In this document: piece after piece, positions 1 to 8,587 of the stretch | How the letters are laid out: every line of letters starts with the position of its first letter | How positions within the stretch are numbered: position 1 is the stretch's first letter | Assembly: GCA_005223035.1 (NCBI GenBank) | Contig: NJBK01000012.1 | Span: 815-64,814, forward strand | DNA length: 64,000 bases | DNA from: Chloroflexi bacterium B3_Chlor | GTDB taxonomy: Bacteria > Chloroflexota > Anaerolineae > UBA7937 > B3-Chlor | Direction: 5' to 3' | Made by a program: the position numbers and the translations under genes | The notes under the pieces: generated by a model | The model's input: only the letters and a program-made list of their open reading frames with translations | What the model was told of the DNA's origin: nothing | Database searches by the model: none

Positions 1-353
1 CTCTCCGTGGCCTCATCCGGGTCTTCCGTCACCCAGGAAACCTGTTCCCTGATGTTGGCCATCTGGAAGTTGAAAGCGTTCAGCCCTGCTTCCTCACATG
101 CTCGCCGAAAGGTGAGTTCGTGCATCAGGGGAGAGCAAGAGGCCACCACCACCCTGTTCAGTCCCAGCTCCTCGATCTCTTGCTTCAACAGGTCTTGACC
201 GGGATCCGAACACATATACTGATAGGTCCTGGCGCTCACCGCCCCAGGGAGTCCGGCGGCGTATTCTGCGAGTGCTTCCACATCCACTTTGTCCGCGATG
301 TTGGTCCCGCAATGACAAACGAAAACCCCTATCCTTCTTGGTCTGTTAGTCAT
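1..353 (-). CDS. hdrA: HdrA-like flavoprotein, N-terminal part only (gene runs off the left window edge); second hdrA paralog
   Basis: Absent from the ORF track because it is open-ended. Reverse complement from ATG 353..351 reads MTNRPRRIGVFVCHCGTNIADKVDVEALAEYAAGLPGAVSARTYQYMCSDPGQDLLKQEIEELGLNRVVVASCSPLMHELTFRRACEEAGLNAFNFQMANIREQVSWVTEDPDEA. About three quarters of these residues match the N-terminus of the complete hdrA at 1780..3747 by eye. Confidence 0.75.
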   Translation of the reverse strand, partial: MTNRPRRIGVFVCHCGTNIADKVDVEALAEYAAGLPGAVSARTYQYMCSDPGQDLLKQEIEELGLNRVVVASCSPLMHELTFRRACEEAGLNAFNFQMANIREQVSWVTEDPDEATE

Positions 354-373
354 GAGTTCCCATCTCCAGAATA

Positions 374-1570
374 TCAACTCTCGACGTTGCACATGGATTC
401 CAGCACCAGTTCGCTTATGTCCACGGCCCTCATCCTGATCTTGGCTTGGCGGGCGCCAGTAAGCAGCGTGCGCTTGCACTGCTGGCAGGCTGAAACAACC
501 GCCGCAGCCCCCGTCTCCTGAGCCTGCTCCATCCGTAGCACACCAACCTGGGCCGTCACCTCCCGGTCTGAGATCTCAACGTCGCCTCCGCCACCACAGC
601 ACATCGCGTCCTGACCATAGCTAGCCATCTCCCTGAACTCTAGCTCCGGAATGTTGTTCACGATGGCCCGCGGAGCATCGTACACCCCGCTCTTGCGACC
701 CAGGTCACAGGGATCGTGGTAGGTCACTACTCTATCCACCGGACCCAGCTGGATCCTATCTTCCTCTATTAGCCGCAAAAGATACTCGGTGGCGTGCAGG
801 ATCTCCAACTCCTGAGGCAACTCCACGAACTGAGGATACACATGCGTCCAGGTATAGTAGCAGGAGGGGCAGGTGGTCACCAGCTTTGTCGAACCCAGTT
901 CTTTCACGCGTTCCACATTGTGGGTCGCCAACTCCCAAACCAGCTCCTTCATCCCGCCGCCATACAGAGGATACCCGCAGCACCACTCCTGTCCCCCCAT
1001 AGTGGTGAAACCAACATGGGCAACCTCAAGGATCTGCACCAACGCCTGAGGTATGGTATAGGCCTGAGGGTAGAAGGCGGACACACATCCCACGAAGTAG
1101 AGAACTTCGGCCCCCTTCTTGGCCTCGATGTCCTCCGGCATGTGTTCCAGGTTCTCGGCCCAGATCAGCCGTGTCTCATTGTCGTCCCCGGAAATGTTGT
1201 ACTTTGTCGTCACCGTCTCCCGCAGCATACCGATACCATCGGGGATTTTCAGTCCCTCCTTCACCGCATACTGCTTCAGCATTAGCATCGTCTCGGTGAG
1301 GTCAATGCCCCTTGGACAGCGCACAGTGCAGGCCTTGCAGGTGGTACACAGCCAGAAGGTAAGGCTATTCACCACTTCGTCTTTCAGACCCAACTGGACC
1401 AGCTTCCACAACTGCCGCGGCGTATAGTCCATGGCATAAGCCGTGGGGCAGGAAGCCGAACAAGTGCCGCACTGGATGCACGCGCGCAGCACGTCCAGAT
1501 CCGGCGTGATCTCCGCCCCAAACTCGAAGTCTGGTGCCCGGGTCGTGAAATCCAGAATGTCTGTGCCCAT
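374..1570 (-). CDS. HdrD/DsrK-like Fe-S oxidoreductase (fused HdrC-type ferredoxin plus HdrB-type double CCG domain)
   Basis: Track ORF 374..1579. It has two ferredoxin motifs (CIQCGTCSASCP, CTTCKACTVRCP) and then two CCG domains (..WCCGYP..TTCPSCYY.. and ..MCCGGGGD..SACQQCKR..). Start moved to ATG 1570 behind GAGGGTGAGGG; the track start is GTG. Confidence 0.8.
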   Translation of the reverse strand: MGTDILDFTTRAPDFEFGAEITPDLDVLRACIQCGTCSASCPTAYAMDYTPRQLWKLVQLGLKDEVVNSLTFWLCTTCKACTVRCPRGIDLTETMLMLKQYAVKEGLKIPDGIGMLRETVTTKYNISGDDNETRLIWAENLEHMPEDIEAKKGAEVLYFVGCVSAFYPQAYTIPQALVQILEVAHVGFTTMGGQEWCCGYPLYGGGMKELVWELATHNVERVKELGSTKLVTTCPSCYYTWTHVYPQFVELPQELEILHATEYLLRLIEEDRIQLGPVDRVVTYHDPCDLGRKSGVYDAPRAIVNNIPELEFREMASYGQDAMCCGGGGDVEISDREVTAQVGVLRMEQAQETGAAAVVSACQQCKRTLLTGARQAKIRMRAVDISELVLESMCNVES

Positions 1571-1779
1571 AGCCCTCACCCTCTCAACACCTGCCCTGTC
1601 TGCGGCAACTCTCGAACCGACACTGTGAACTCGTCAACAAGTGGGCGAAACTCCACCCAACCACAGCCGAGGTATGACCTCGGCATTGTGTGAGCAACTG
1701 ATAGACTTGGTGCTCGCAAGATTGGCGTCGCGGTAGCTACAACGAGTACACGCACAGAGAACGAGGTACGGTGCATGTG

Positions 1780-3747
1780 TCAAGCTACCTCAACTAGCCG
1801 CAGAGCTCCCCGCATCTCTGCCACTAACTGCTCATCCGTGAAATGCAGCAGTGTGATCGCTCTGGAAAGGCAGTGCCCGACACAGGTTCCGCACCCCTTG
1901 CAGGCGGTCTCCTCCACTTGTGCGTGCCCTTGCACTAATGCGATGGCACTGTACGGGCAAGCCATCACACACTCACCACAGCCGGAGCAGCGTTCGACGT
2001 TCACTTGGGCGATAGAAGGCTCCAAAGCCACCCTACCCTTGTCCATCATGCCCAGAGCTACCACGGCCGCCGCCCCCGCCTGAGCCACGGTATCGGGTAT
2101 GTCTTTGGGCCCCTGACAAGCTCCGGCAATGAAAACACCATCGGAAGCAGTCTCCACCGGGGCGAGCTTCGGGTGTTTCTCCAGGAAGAAGCCGTCCGCG
2201 CTGCGGCTGAGGCCAAATGTATGCGCAACCTCCACCGCATCACGCCGTGGCTCCAGGCCTGTGCTCAGGATAACCATGTCCACAGGAATCCGGCGTAGCT
2301 GACCCAGCAACGTATCCTCGCATTTGACGATCAGCTTCCCCTCTTCCTCAGGTCCCTCGACGACATCGGTCACCTCTGCACCCTTGCCCCGGATGAAGAT
2401 GACCCCCTCTTTCAGCAACCGCTTGTAGAACTCCTCATACCCCTTGCCGAAGCTGCGCATGTCGATGTACAGTTCGTAGATCTGGGCGTCGGTGACCTCC
2501 TTCACCAAGTGTGCGAACTTCAGAGACCACATACAACAGACTCGTGAGCAGTAGACATTATACCTCTCGTCCCGGCTGCCAATGCAGTGCAGGATAGCCA
2601 CCCTCTCCGGCTCACGGCCATCTTTCAAGAGCACTTTTCCGCCGGTGGGCCCGGCGGCGTTGATCATCCGCTCGAACTCGAGGCTGGTCAGGACGTTGTC
2701 TAGCCTGTCATAGCCGTACTCCGGCGCCCGGATAGGATCGAATAGATCGAACCCGGTAGCGACGATGATGGTCCCCACATCAAGCTCGACGACCTCGTCC
2801 TCCTGCTCGAAGTCAACGGCGCCTCTTGGGCAGAGTTTCTGGCAAGCACCGCACTTCCCCTTCTGGAACCAGATGCAGTTCTCGGTGTCTATCACCGGGA
2901 CTCTGGGCACTGCCTGAGCGAAAGGCATGTAGATGGCTTTGCGGGTGCCGATCCCGGCGTCAAACTCACTCAGTATGTTCTTGGCGGGACACTTCTCCTG
3001 GCACAGACCGCAGCCCGTACACAGATCTTCGTTCACATAACGTGCCCTCTTTCGGACCTTCACCTTGAAGTTGCCAACGTAGCCCGAAACCTCCTCCACC
3101 TCACCATAGCTCAGGATCTCGATGTTTTCGTGCTGTCCCACGGACACCATCTTCGGCGTCAGTATTCAAGCCGAACAGTCCAAGGTGGGGAAGGTCTTGT
3201 GCAGCTGGGCCATGTAGCCACCGATGCTGGGCTCCCTCTCTACCAGGTATACCTGCTTGCCCGCATCGGCGATGCGGAGGGCGGCTTCGATGCCGGCGAT
3301 GCCTCCCCCTACTATCAGAGCGGCAGGTTGAACAGGAACCTCCTTGACGGCCAAAGCCTCATGATGGGCCGCCCTGTACACCGCGGCGGCCACCGCCCGT
3401 TTCGCCCCCTGGGTGGCCTCGTCGGGGTCCTCGGTCACCCAGGAGACGTGCTCTCGGATGTTGGCCATCTGGAAGAAGAAGGGATTCAGCCCGGCATCCT
3501 CACAGGCACGTCGGAAGGTGGTCTCGTGCATGAGAGGGGTGCAGGAAGCCACCACCACCCGGTTCAATCCCAGCTCCTTGATGTCCTCCTTGATCAACTC
3601 CTGGCCCGGATCGGAGCACATGTATGCGTAGTCGCGCGCTACCGCTACCCCCGGCAGTCCAGTTGCGTACTCCGCGACCGCCTCCACGTCCACTTTGTCC
3701 GCTATGTTGGTCCCACACTGGCAGACGTAGACACCTATCTTCTCCAC
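1780..3747 (-). CDS. hdrA: Heterodisulfide reductase subunit A, long bifurcating type, probable selenoprotein (655 aa, Sec at codon 194)
   Basis: Track ORFs 3166..3747 and 1780..3150 lie in one frame and are joined by TGA 3166..3168. Motifs present: the HdrA N-terminal domain (IGVYVCQCGTNIA..YMCSDPGQ), FAD GxGxxG (LIVGGGIAGIEAAL), and ferredoxin motifs CTGCGLCQEKCP, CGACQKLCP, CSGCGECVMACP, CKGCGTCVGHC. GTG start 3747 lies 8 nt after AGGGGGG. Confidence 0.85.
3120..3168 (-). other. In-frame UGA (3166..3168) read as selenocysteine, plus candidate SECIS hairpins immediately downstream
   Basis: The minus strand reads GAC TGT TCG GCT TGA ATA CTG ACG CCG AAG ATG GTG = D C S A U I L T P K M V. Candidate hairpins are GACGCC-GAAGAU-GGUGUC, starting 6 nt after the UGA, and GUGUCC-GUG-GGACA(G)C about 20 nt after it. 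The hairpins were folded by eye only. Confidence 0.65.
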
Positions 3748-3796
3748 ATCAAATACCCCCCTATCTTCGCCACACCAAATGCCTCTTAAGGAGCCC

Positions 3797-4675
3797 TCAT
3801 GTCATGTGAGGAGCCAAAAGGGCTGCAGCCGACACTAACTCCGTCCCCAGGCCAAGTTCCTCCCTGCCCAGCCCCAGGCTGACGCCGAGTAGCTGCGTGA
3901 AAAACAAGACTGGAAGGGAGAAATCGGTCCCAAACCGAGCGTTCACCTGGCCCTGATATGCCTCCACGTTGAGATGACAGAGAGGACAGGCCGTGGCAAG
4001 GCAACTGGCCCCTCTGCGCACCGCGTCGGCCAGCAGGTTGTGCACCAACTTCAGGGCTACTTCTTTCTTGTCGCTCATCATCAAGATGCCCCCACAGCAC
4101 GATGCTCTTAGAGGATAATCCACGACATCTGCACCGATCCAAGACAATAGGTCACCGAGAGCCGTGGGGAACTCCGCGTCATCAATCCCACTGGGACGGC
4201 TGAAGGCGCAGCCAAGGTAAGGGGCCACTTGCAAGCCCTCCAGAGGATGAGTCACCTTTTCCTGAATGGTCTCTTGACCTAGGTCGTTTACCAGTACCTC
4301 CAGCAGGTGGCGCACCCTCACCGATCCCCGGTACTCAAGATCAATTACCGCCAATGCCTCACCTACCCTCTCCCTCAGCTCAGCGTCCTCGGCGAGCCGT
4401 CGGTTGGTCTTGTCCATGATGCCGAAGCACCCGTTGCAGATGGTCACCAGATCGCACCCTGGGCTGTGTCTCTCGGCCAATCCCAAGTTTCGCGCATTGA
4501 GGGCGAAAGTGGAGAGACTCCGCAGCGAGTACGAGGGGCTCGTCCCGCAGCAATTCCAGTCATCCAGCTCCACCAATTCTAGACCTAGAGCCCCGGCGAC
4601 GGCCCAGGTGGAGAGATTGTAGGCTTTTGTACTCACCTCCTGAGAGCAACCGGGATAATAGGTGTACGCCATCAT
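3797..4675 (-). CDS. hdrB: Heterodisulfide reductase subunit B-like (two CCG domains)
   Basis: MMAYTYYPGC.. at the N-terminus, with CCG domain 1 (..WNCCGTS..ICNGC..) and domain 2 (..ASCCGGI..ACPLCHLN..). The start overlaps the hdrC stop (ATGATG / TGA). Confidence 0.85.
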   Translation of the reverse strand: MMAYTYYPGCSQEVSTKAYNLSTWAVAGALGLELVELDDWNCCGTSPSYSLRSLSTFALNARNLGLAERHSPGCDLVTICNGCFGIMDKTNRRLAEDAELRERVGEALAVIDLEYRGSVRVRHLLEVLVNDLGQETIQEKVTHPLEGLQVAPYLGCAFSRPSGIDDAEFPTALGDLLSWIGADVVDYPLRASCCGGILMMSDKKEVALKLVHNLLADAVRRGASCLATACPLCHLNVEAYQGQVNARFGTDFSLPVLFFTQLLGVSLGLGREELGLGTELVSAAALLAPHMT

Positions 4676-5244
4676 GCCTCCCCTTTCTCCTCGATGTACT
4701 CAAGCATCCTTGCCAAGTTCCGGCGTCCCTTGATCCTGCGCGGCAAGAGAGGAAACCGCCCACGCAACAGCATCTTCAGCCCAAACGGTGCCAGCTTGAT
4801 GAGTCCCAGAGGATTGAGCGTGCTCAAGAAATAGCGTATCATCAGTTCCGTCTCCGCGCTTCGTCCGTAGCGGTCGACGGTATTGACGAAAGCCTGATAT
4901 AGGGCCGGGCTCCCTGGAGGGTGGAGACCCCGCTCTACGGCCATCCGCTTGAGAAGGTACATGAAGTCGGTGAACTGGATTCCGGCTGGACAGCGAACCG
5001 TACAGTAGTAGCAAGAGGCACACAGCCATGGTGTATTGCTGCGCAGCACCCTCTCCAGTTGGTCAGCCCGCAGGGCAGCGATAATCTTGCGAGGAGTGTA
5101 ATCCATGGCATAGGCGGTGGGGCACGAAGCGGAGCACGTGCCGCATTGAATACATTCAAGCAGCTCCTTGCGGTGCCGGATAGCCTCTTCACCAAACCCC
5201 AAGTCCGATTCTCGTACGACCGAGTCCGCAACTTCTGTAGCCAT
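4672..5244 (-). CDS. hdrC: Heterodisulfide reductase subunit C-like (2x[4Fe-4S])
   Basis: CIQCGTCSASCP and CASCYYCTVRCP; 190 aa; ATG start. Confidence 0.85.
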   Translation of the reverse strand: MATEVADSVVRESDLGFGEEAIRHRKELLECIQCGTCSASCPTAYAMDYTPRKIIAALRADQLERVLRSNTPWLCASCYYCTVRCPAGIQFTDFMYLLKRMAVERGLHPPGSPALYQAFVNTVDRYGRSAETELMIRYFLSTLNPLGLIKLAPFGLKMLLRGRFPLLPRRIKGRRNLARMLEYIEEKGEA

Positions 5245-5250
5245 AAGTAC

Positions 5251-5658
5251 TTACCCTCCTAGCTCCTGGCCCGCTTGAGCTCGTAGCAAGATCTCTACCC
5301 ACTTCTCAGGGACGAGTTGCACCGCATCTAGCCCATGGATGGCTCTCAACTCGTTTATCCCCTTTCCGATAGGCAAAGCATAACCAGATTCTAGAACTCT
5401 CCTGAGATTAGCCTCATGTGCTACGGGAGGGTCTTCCTCCCGTCTCTTCTCCACCATAATGGCATGAATGTCCACCCCTTGGGGACAGACTTCCTGACAC
5501 CGCCAGCACGAGGAACAGAGCCAACTAGAGTAGTTATCCTCTCCAAGAAGGAAAGAGGTTATGGAATGAGCACCCAGCCTCTCTACGATGCACACTTCAC
5601 GGCACAGGCCACACTGGGTGCAATCCTCTAGTAGCGAATCCAGGCCTCCAACCGTCAC
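5251..5658 (-). CDS. hdrC: Second HdrC-like ferredoxin subunit (hdrC2)
   Basis: Track ORF 5251..5835 overlaps hdrB2 by about 180 nt. The conserved part starts near GTG 5658, which forms a GTGA overlap with the hdrB2 stop. Motifs: CTQCGLCREVC and CSSCWRCQEVCP. Confidence 0.7.
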   Translation of the reverse strand: MTVGGLDSLLEDCTQCGLCREVCIVERLGAHSITSFLLGEDNYSSWLCSSCWRCQEVCPQGVDIHAIMVEKRREEDPPVAHEANLRRVLESGYALPIGKGINELRAIHGLDAVQLVPEKWVEILLRAQAGQELGG

Positions 5659-6497
5659 GGCGAGCTCCCCAGAAGCTTCCCTGCCATCACGGGTCCGACA
5701 CCCAGTTCCGCTGGATCGATACCCATAGCCAAACCCACTAGCTGCGGCAGGGTCAACACCGGCATCTTGGATTCCGCACGACCCTCGTTCATTAGGCCCT
5801 GAAATCGTTCCAACAATAACTGACAGTTGCCACAAGCGTCTACTAATACGTCCGCCCCTGCAGCAGAGCTCAGCTTCCGTTGACCAGCCTCAAGACCTAG
5901 CTGCTCATTCACCAGATACAGAGTCGAACCGCAGCAATCGTACTCCGCGTCGTAGGGTACAACCTCCGCCCCGGTCAACTCCACGATGGAGCGCATGGCC
6001 TGGGGCTGCAGAGGATCGTCGAAACCAAGGACTTCGTGAGGTCGAAAGGCCTGGCAGGGGTGCGTCAGCGCGACCTTCAGCGACAACTCCACCCTCACTT
6101 TGTCCCTCATCCCCTCCAGTTGCTCGCTGAGGACCTGAACCAAGTGTATGACCCTCGTCCCTCCCTCGAAGTGCAATCCAATCTCATCCAGTCTTTCATT
6201 CACCACAAGGCGGAGGGAGGGATCCCGCAACGCTACCTCAGCCCGCAGCAGAGTGTTAGTGCAGTTGCCACAAATGGTCAAGACGGGGAACCCCATCCTC
6301 TCGGCGAGACTGAGATTGTAGGCCGCAAGGTAGAGCCATTTATCGGTGAAGGACTCCAACGGAGCTCCACAGCAAGCGGCGTGGGCGATACTTGCCGCAG
6401 AGATGTAAAGCTCCCTCAGCACCCTCTTGGCGGCCTTCTCGTACTGAGGCATGCGCTGGAGAACCAGACAGCCTGGGAAGAGCGCCATCCTCGCCAC
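5655..6497 (-). CDS. hdrB: Second HdrB-like subunit (hdrB2, two CCG domains)
   Basis: ..LFPGC.., ..AACCGAP..ICGNC.. and ..YDCCGST..ACGNCQLL... The start is either GTG 6497 or ATG 6488. Confidence 0.8.
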   Translation of the reverse strand: MARMALFPGCLVLQRMPQYEKAAKRVLRELYISAASIAHAACCGAPLESFTDKWLYLAAYNLSLAERMGFPVLTICGNCTNTLLRAEVALRDPSLRLVVNERLDEIGLHFEGGTRVIHLVQVLSEQLEGMRDKVRVELSLKVALTHPCQAFRPHEVLGFDDPLQPQAMRSIVELTGAEVVPYDAEYDCCGSTLYLVNEQLGLEAGQRKLSSAAGADVLVDACGNCQLLLERFQGLMNEGRAESKMPVLTLPQLVGLAMGIDPAELGVGPVMAGKLLGSSP

Positions 6498-6500
6498 AGT

Positions 6501-7565
6501 TCAACCAACCACTACCTTGGCGAAATCCGTCGGCTCGACCCCCGGAGATTCTATGCGATGCTTCTCATAGAACTCACTGATCGTCTCCTCGACCTCAGCT
6601 TCTTTCCTGCCGACCAGCGCCTGTGAAAGATCGGTCAACTTGTCAGCCGGGTAGAAGAAGAAGTCACCCGAAAGCGCAAGGGAGGTGATGGCGCCATCTG
6701 CGATCTCCACATCGCCCCGGATGAGGCCCCCTGGAGCCTTGTGAACCAGGTGTTTCACATCCACGCCAGACGCGATTCTGACCGTCCGTCCTTCCATCGG
6801 TCTGCCTATCTTGTACAGCCACTCCTCGTTCAAGAACTTGGGGGACAATCTAGACACCTCATTCCGCAACTCCTCGTCCACCTCTGCCCGGGGCAAAGGT
6901 CCCAAGAGCTTCTCGAAGTTCCGGGCCAGACTGGCATTGAGTGACTCCCTCGTCGGCTTCTCCGCCAACTCCCGTTTGATCGTGGTCAGGTTTTCCCTCA
7001 TGCTCTCGTAGACCTTGTCGCGGAACTTCTCGTCAGGGACCCTCAACACCCGGCTCATCATCTCGTAGTTGAAGTCAACGATCAGGTTGCCCACGAGGAT
7101 CAGGTAGTCGCCTATTTCCGCGGCACCATTGCCAGATATCTTTCGCTTCTTTGCAACAATATCGTTGACCGGTTTGTATTCCGCCGGGATGCCTATCTCC
7201 CGATAGGTTTCGATGGGGGGCTCCAAGAACTTGCGATAGAAGGTGGTCTTGTCGGATGGGGCCAAGGGGTTCTCCTTGTGTATAATCAACTGGTAGAACA
7301 GTTGGTCGCCATCCAGATAGACTCCCCCTCCTCCCACCTCCCGTCGGAACACGGGGATGTCATTGGCTCGGCAAAACTCCACGTCCACTTCCTTCTCCAG
7401 GTCCTGATGATAGCCGATGCAGACGTAGGGAGAGGCAGGAGAGAGCAGCACCAACGCCTCCCTGTGCAGACGAGGCAAAGCGTGGTAGGTCAGTTGTGAA
7501 TCGGGCCAGGGAACGCTCCCCAGGTCATAGAGATGCACTGGCGCCTCCAGCCGAATTATGACCAA
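6501..7565 (-). CDS. lplA: Lipoate-protein ligase (LplA-type catalytic domain plus C-terminal accessory domain)
   Basis: 354 aa with BPL/LplA-like blocks (..DIPVFRREVGGGGVYLDGDQLFY.., ..KISGNGAAEIGDYLI..). It sits directly upstream of the hdr genes. The TTG start is uncertain. Confidence 0.7.
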   Translation of the reverse strand: MVIIRLEAPVHLYDLGSVPWPDSQLTYHALPRLHREALVLLSPASPYVCIGYHQDLEKEVDVEFCRANDIPVFRREVGGGGVYLDGDQLFYQLIIHKENPLAPSDKTTFYRKFLEPPIETYREIGIPAEYKPVNDIVAKKRKISGNGAAEIGDYLILVGNLIVDFNYEMMSRVLRVPDEKFRDKVYESMRENLTTIKRELAEKPTRESLNASLARNFEKLLGPLPRAEVDEELRNEVSRLSPKFLNEEWLYKIGRPMEGRTVRIASGVDVKHLVHKAPGGLIRGDVEIADGAITSLALSGDFFFYPADKLTDLSQALVGRKEAEVEETISEFYEKHRIESPGVEPTDFAKVVVG

Positions 7566-7612
7566 GTCTATCTAATTATACCAGAATGAGCGGTGAATCT
7601 CAACAGAAGCGA

Positions 7613-8563
7613 TCACGCGACGAGCACGTCCAACATCATGGCCAGAAAAAGGACGAAGAGGTAGGGGCTGGAGAGCTTGAACATCACCCAGGCCTTCTCG
7701 CGCGAGGGATTCCGCGCCAAAATGACATTGCTGACGGTTATGACCAACCCAAGAACCAGGGCTGTGCTCAGATAGATGAGACCAAACCCTCCCACGAAGT
7801 AGATGGCTAAGGAACAAAGGTACATCAACACGACGGTAGCCATCGTGCAGCGAGTGGTCTTCTCCAGGGAGAGCACGGCGGGCAACATCGGGACGCTAGC
7901 TTTCTTGTAGTCCTCTGTATGGAATATGGCCAGGTTCCAGATATGATTGGGTATCCACAGCACCACAACTGCCGCGATGAGCAGCGCCTCGACGTCCAAG
8001 CTGTTCTTGACGACGGCCCAGCCGAAGAGAACAGGGATCCCACCGCTAAGTCCTCCTAGAATGATGTTCAGGGGGCTTCTCCTCTTCATCAACAAGCTGT
8101 AAACCAGGACATTGTCAACGAAGCCCAGAAGGCCCCATAGGAAGGCCAACGCATTGAGCGTCCATGCCAAGGCTAGTGAAACCACCGTCAAAAGAAGGCC
8201 CCAGTAGAGAGCCCTCTCGGGGGGATGGATCCTGCCACTCGGTATGGGACGCCGCCTGGTCCGCTCCATCACGCGGTCCAAGTCACGGTCGATATAGCAG
8301 GTTATGGTATTCGCTCCTGCGCAGCCCAGAGTGACGGCAACAAGGGCAGTCATGAAAAGGCTAGCGGGGAGATTCCATCCGTCGGCAGCGATGGCTATCG
8401 CAGCTAGAGATGTGAAGACCAGGAGAAGGACGGAAGCAGGCTTGGTGACTTCAACGTAGGGCCACAAGCCTCTCAGGGAAGAAACGGACCCTAGGCCGAT
8501 AGGTCGCTGAGTTTGTTCGCCTCCTTCGTATTCGGAATCGTAAGGCTGCACCACGACACCCAA
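7613..8563 (-). CDS. ctaB: UbiA-family prenyltransferase, probable heme O synthase (protoheme IX farnesyltransferase)
   Basis: Polytopic membrane protein. The motif NTITCYIDRDLDRVMERTRRRPIPSG matches my recollection of the CtaB/CyoE signature (YIDRDID..M.RT..RP). The start (TTG 8563) is uncertain. Confidence 0.65.
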   Translation of the reverse strand: MGVVVQPYDSEYEGGEQTQRPIGLGSVSSLRGLWPYVEVTKPASVLLLVFTSLAAIAIAADGWNLPASLFMTALVAVTLGCAGANTITCYIDRDLDRVMERTRRRPIPSGRIHPPERALYWGLLLTVVSLALAWTLNALAFLWGLLGFVDNVLVYSLLMKRRSPLNIILGGLSGGIPVLFGWAVVKNSLDVEALLIAAVVVLWIPNHIWNLAIFHTEDYKKASVPMLPAVLSLEKTTRCTMATVVLMYLCSLAIYFVGGFGLIYLSTALVLGLVITVSNVILARNPSREKAWVMFKLSSPYLFVLFLAMMLDVLVA

Positions 8564-8587
8564 CGTTCTTGACCCATCGTCAAGGGG

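Noticed and set aside
5659-5835. The N-terminal 59 codons of track ORF 5251..5835.
   Set aside because: They overlap the 3' end of hdrB2 in another frame and have a Gly/Ser/Arg-rich composition. The conserved HdrC sequence starts near GTG 5658, which forms a GTGA overlap with the hdrB2 stop.
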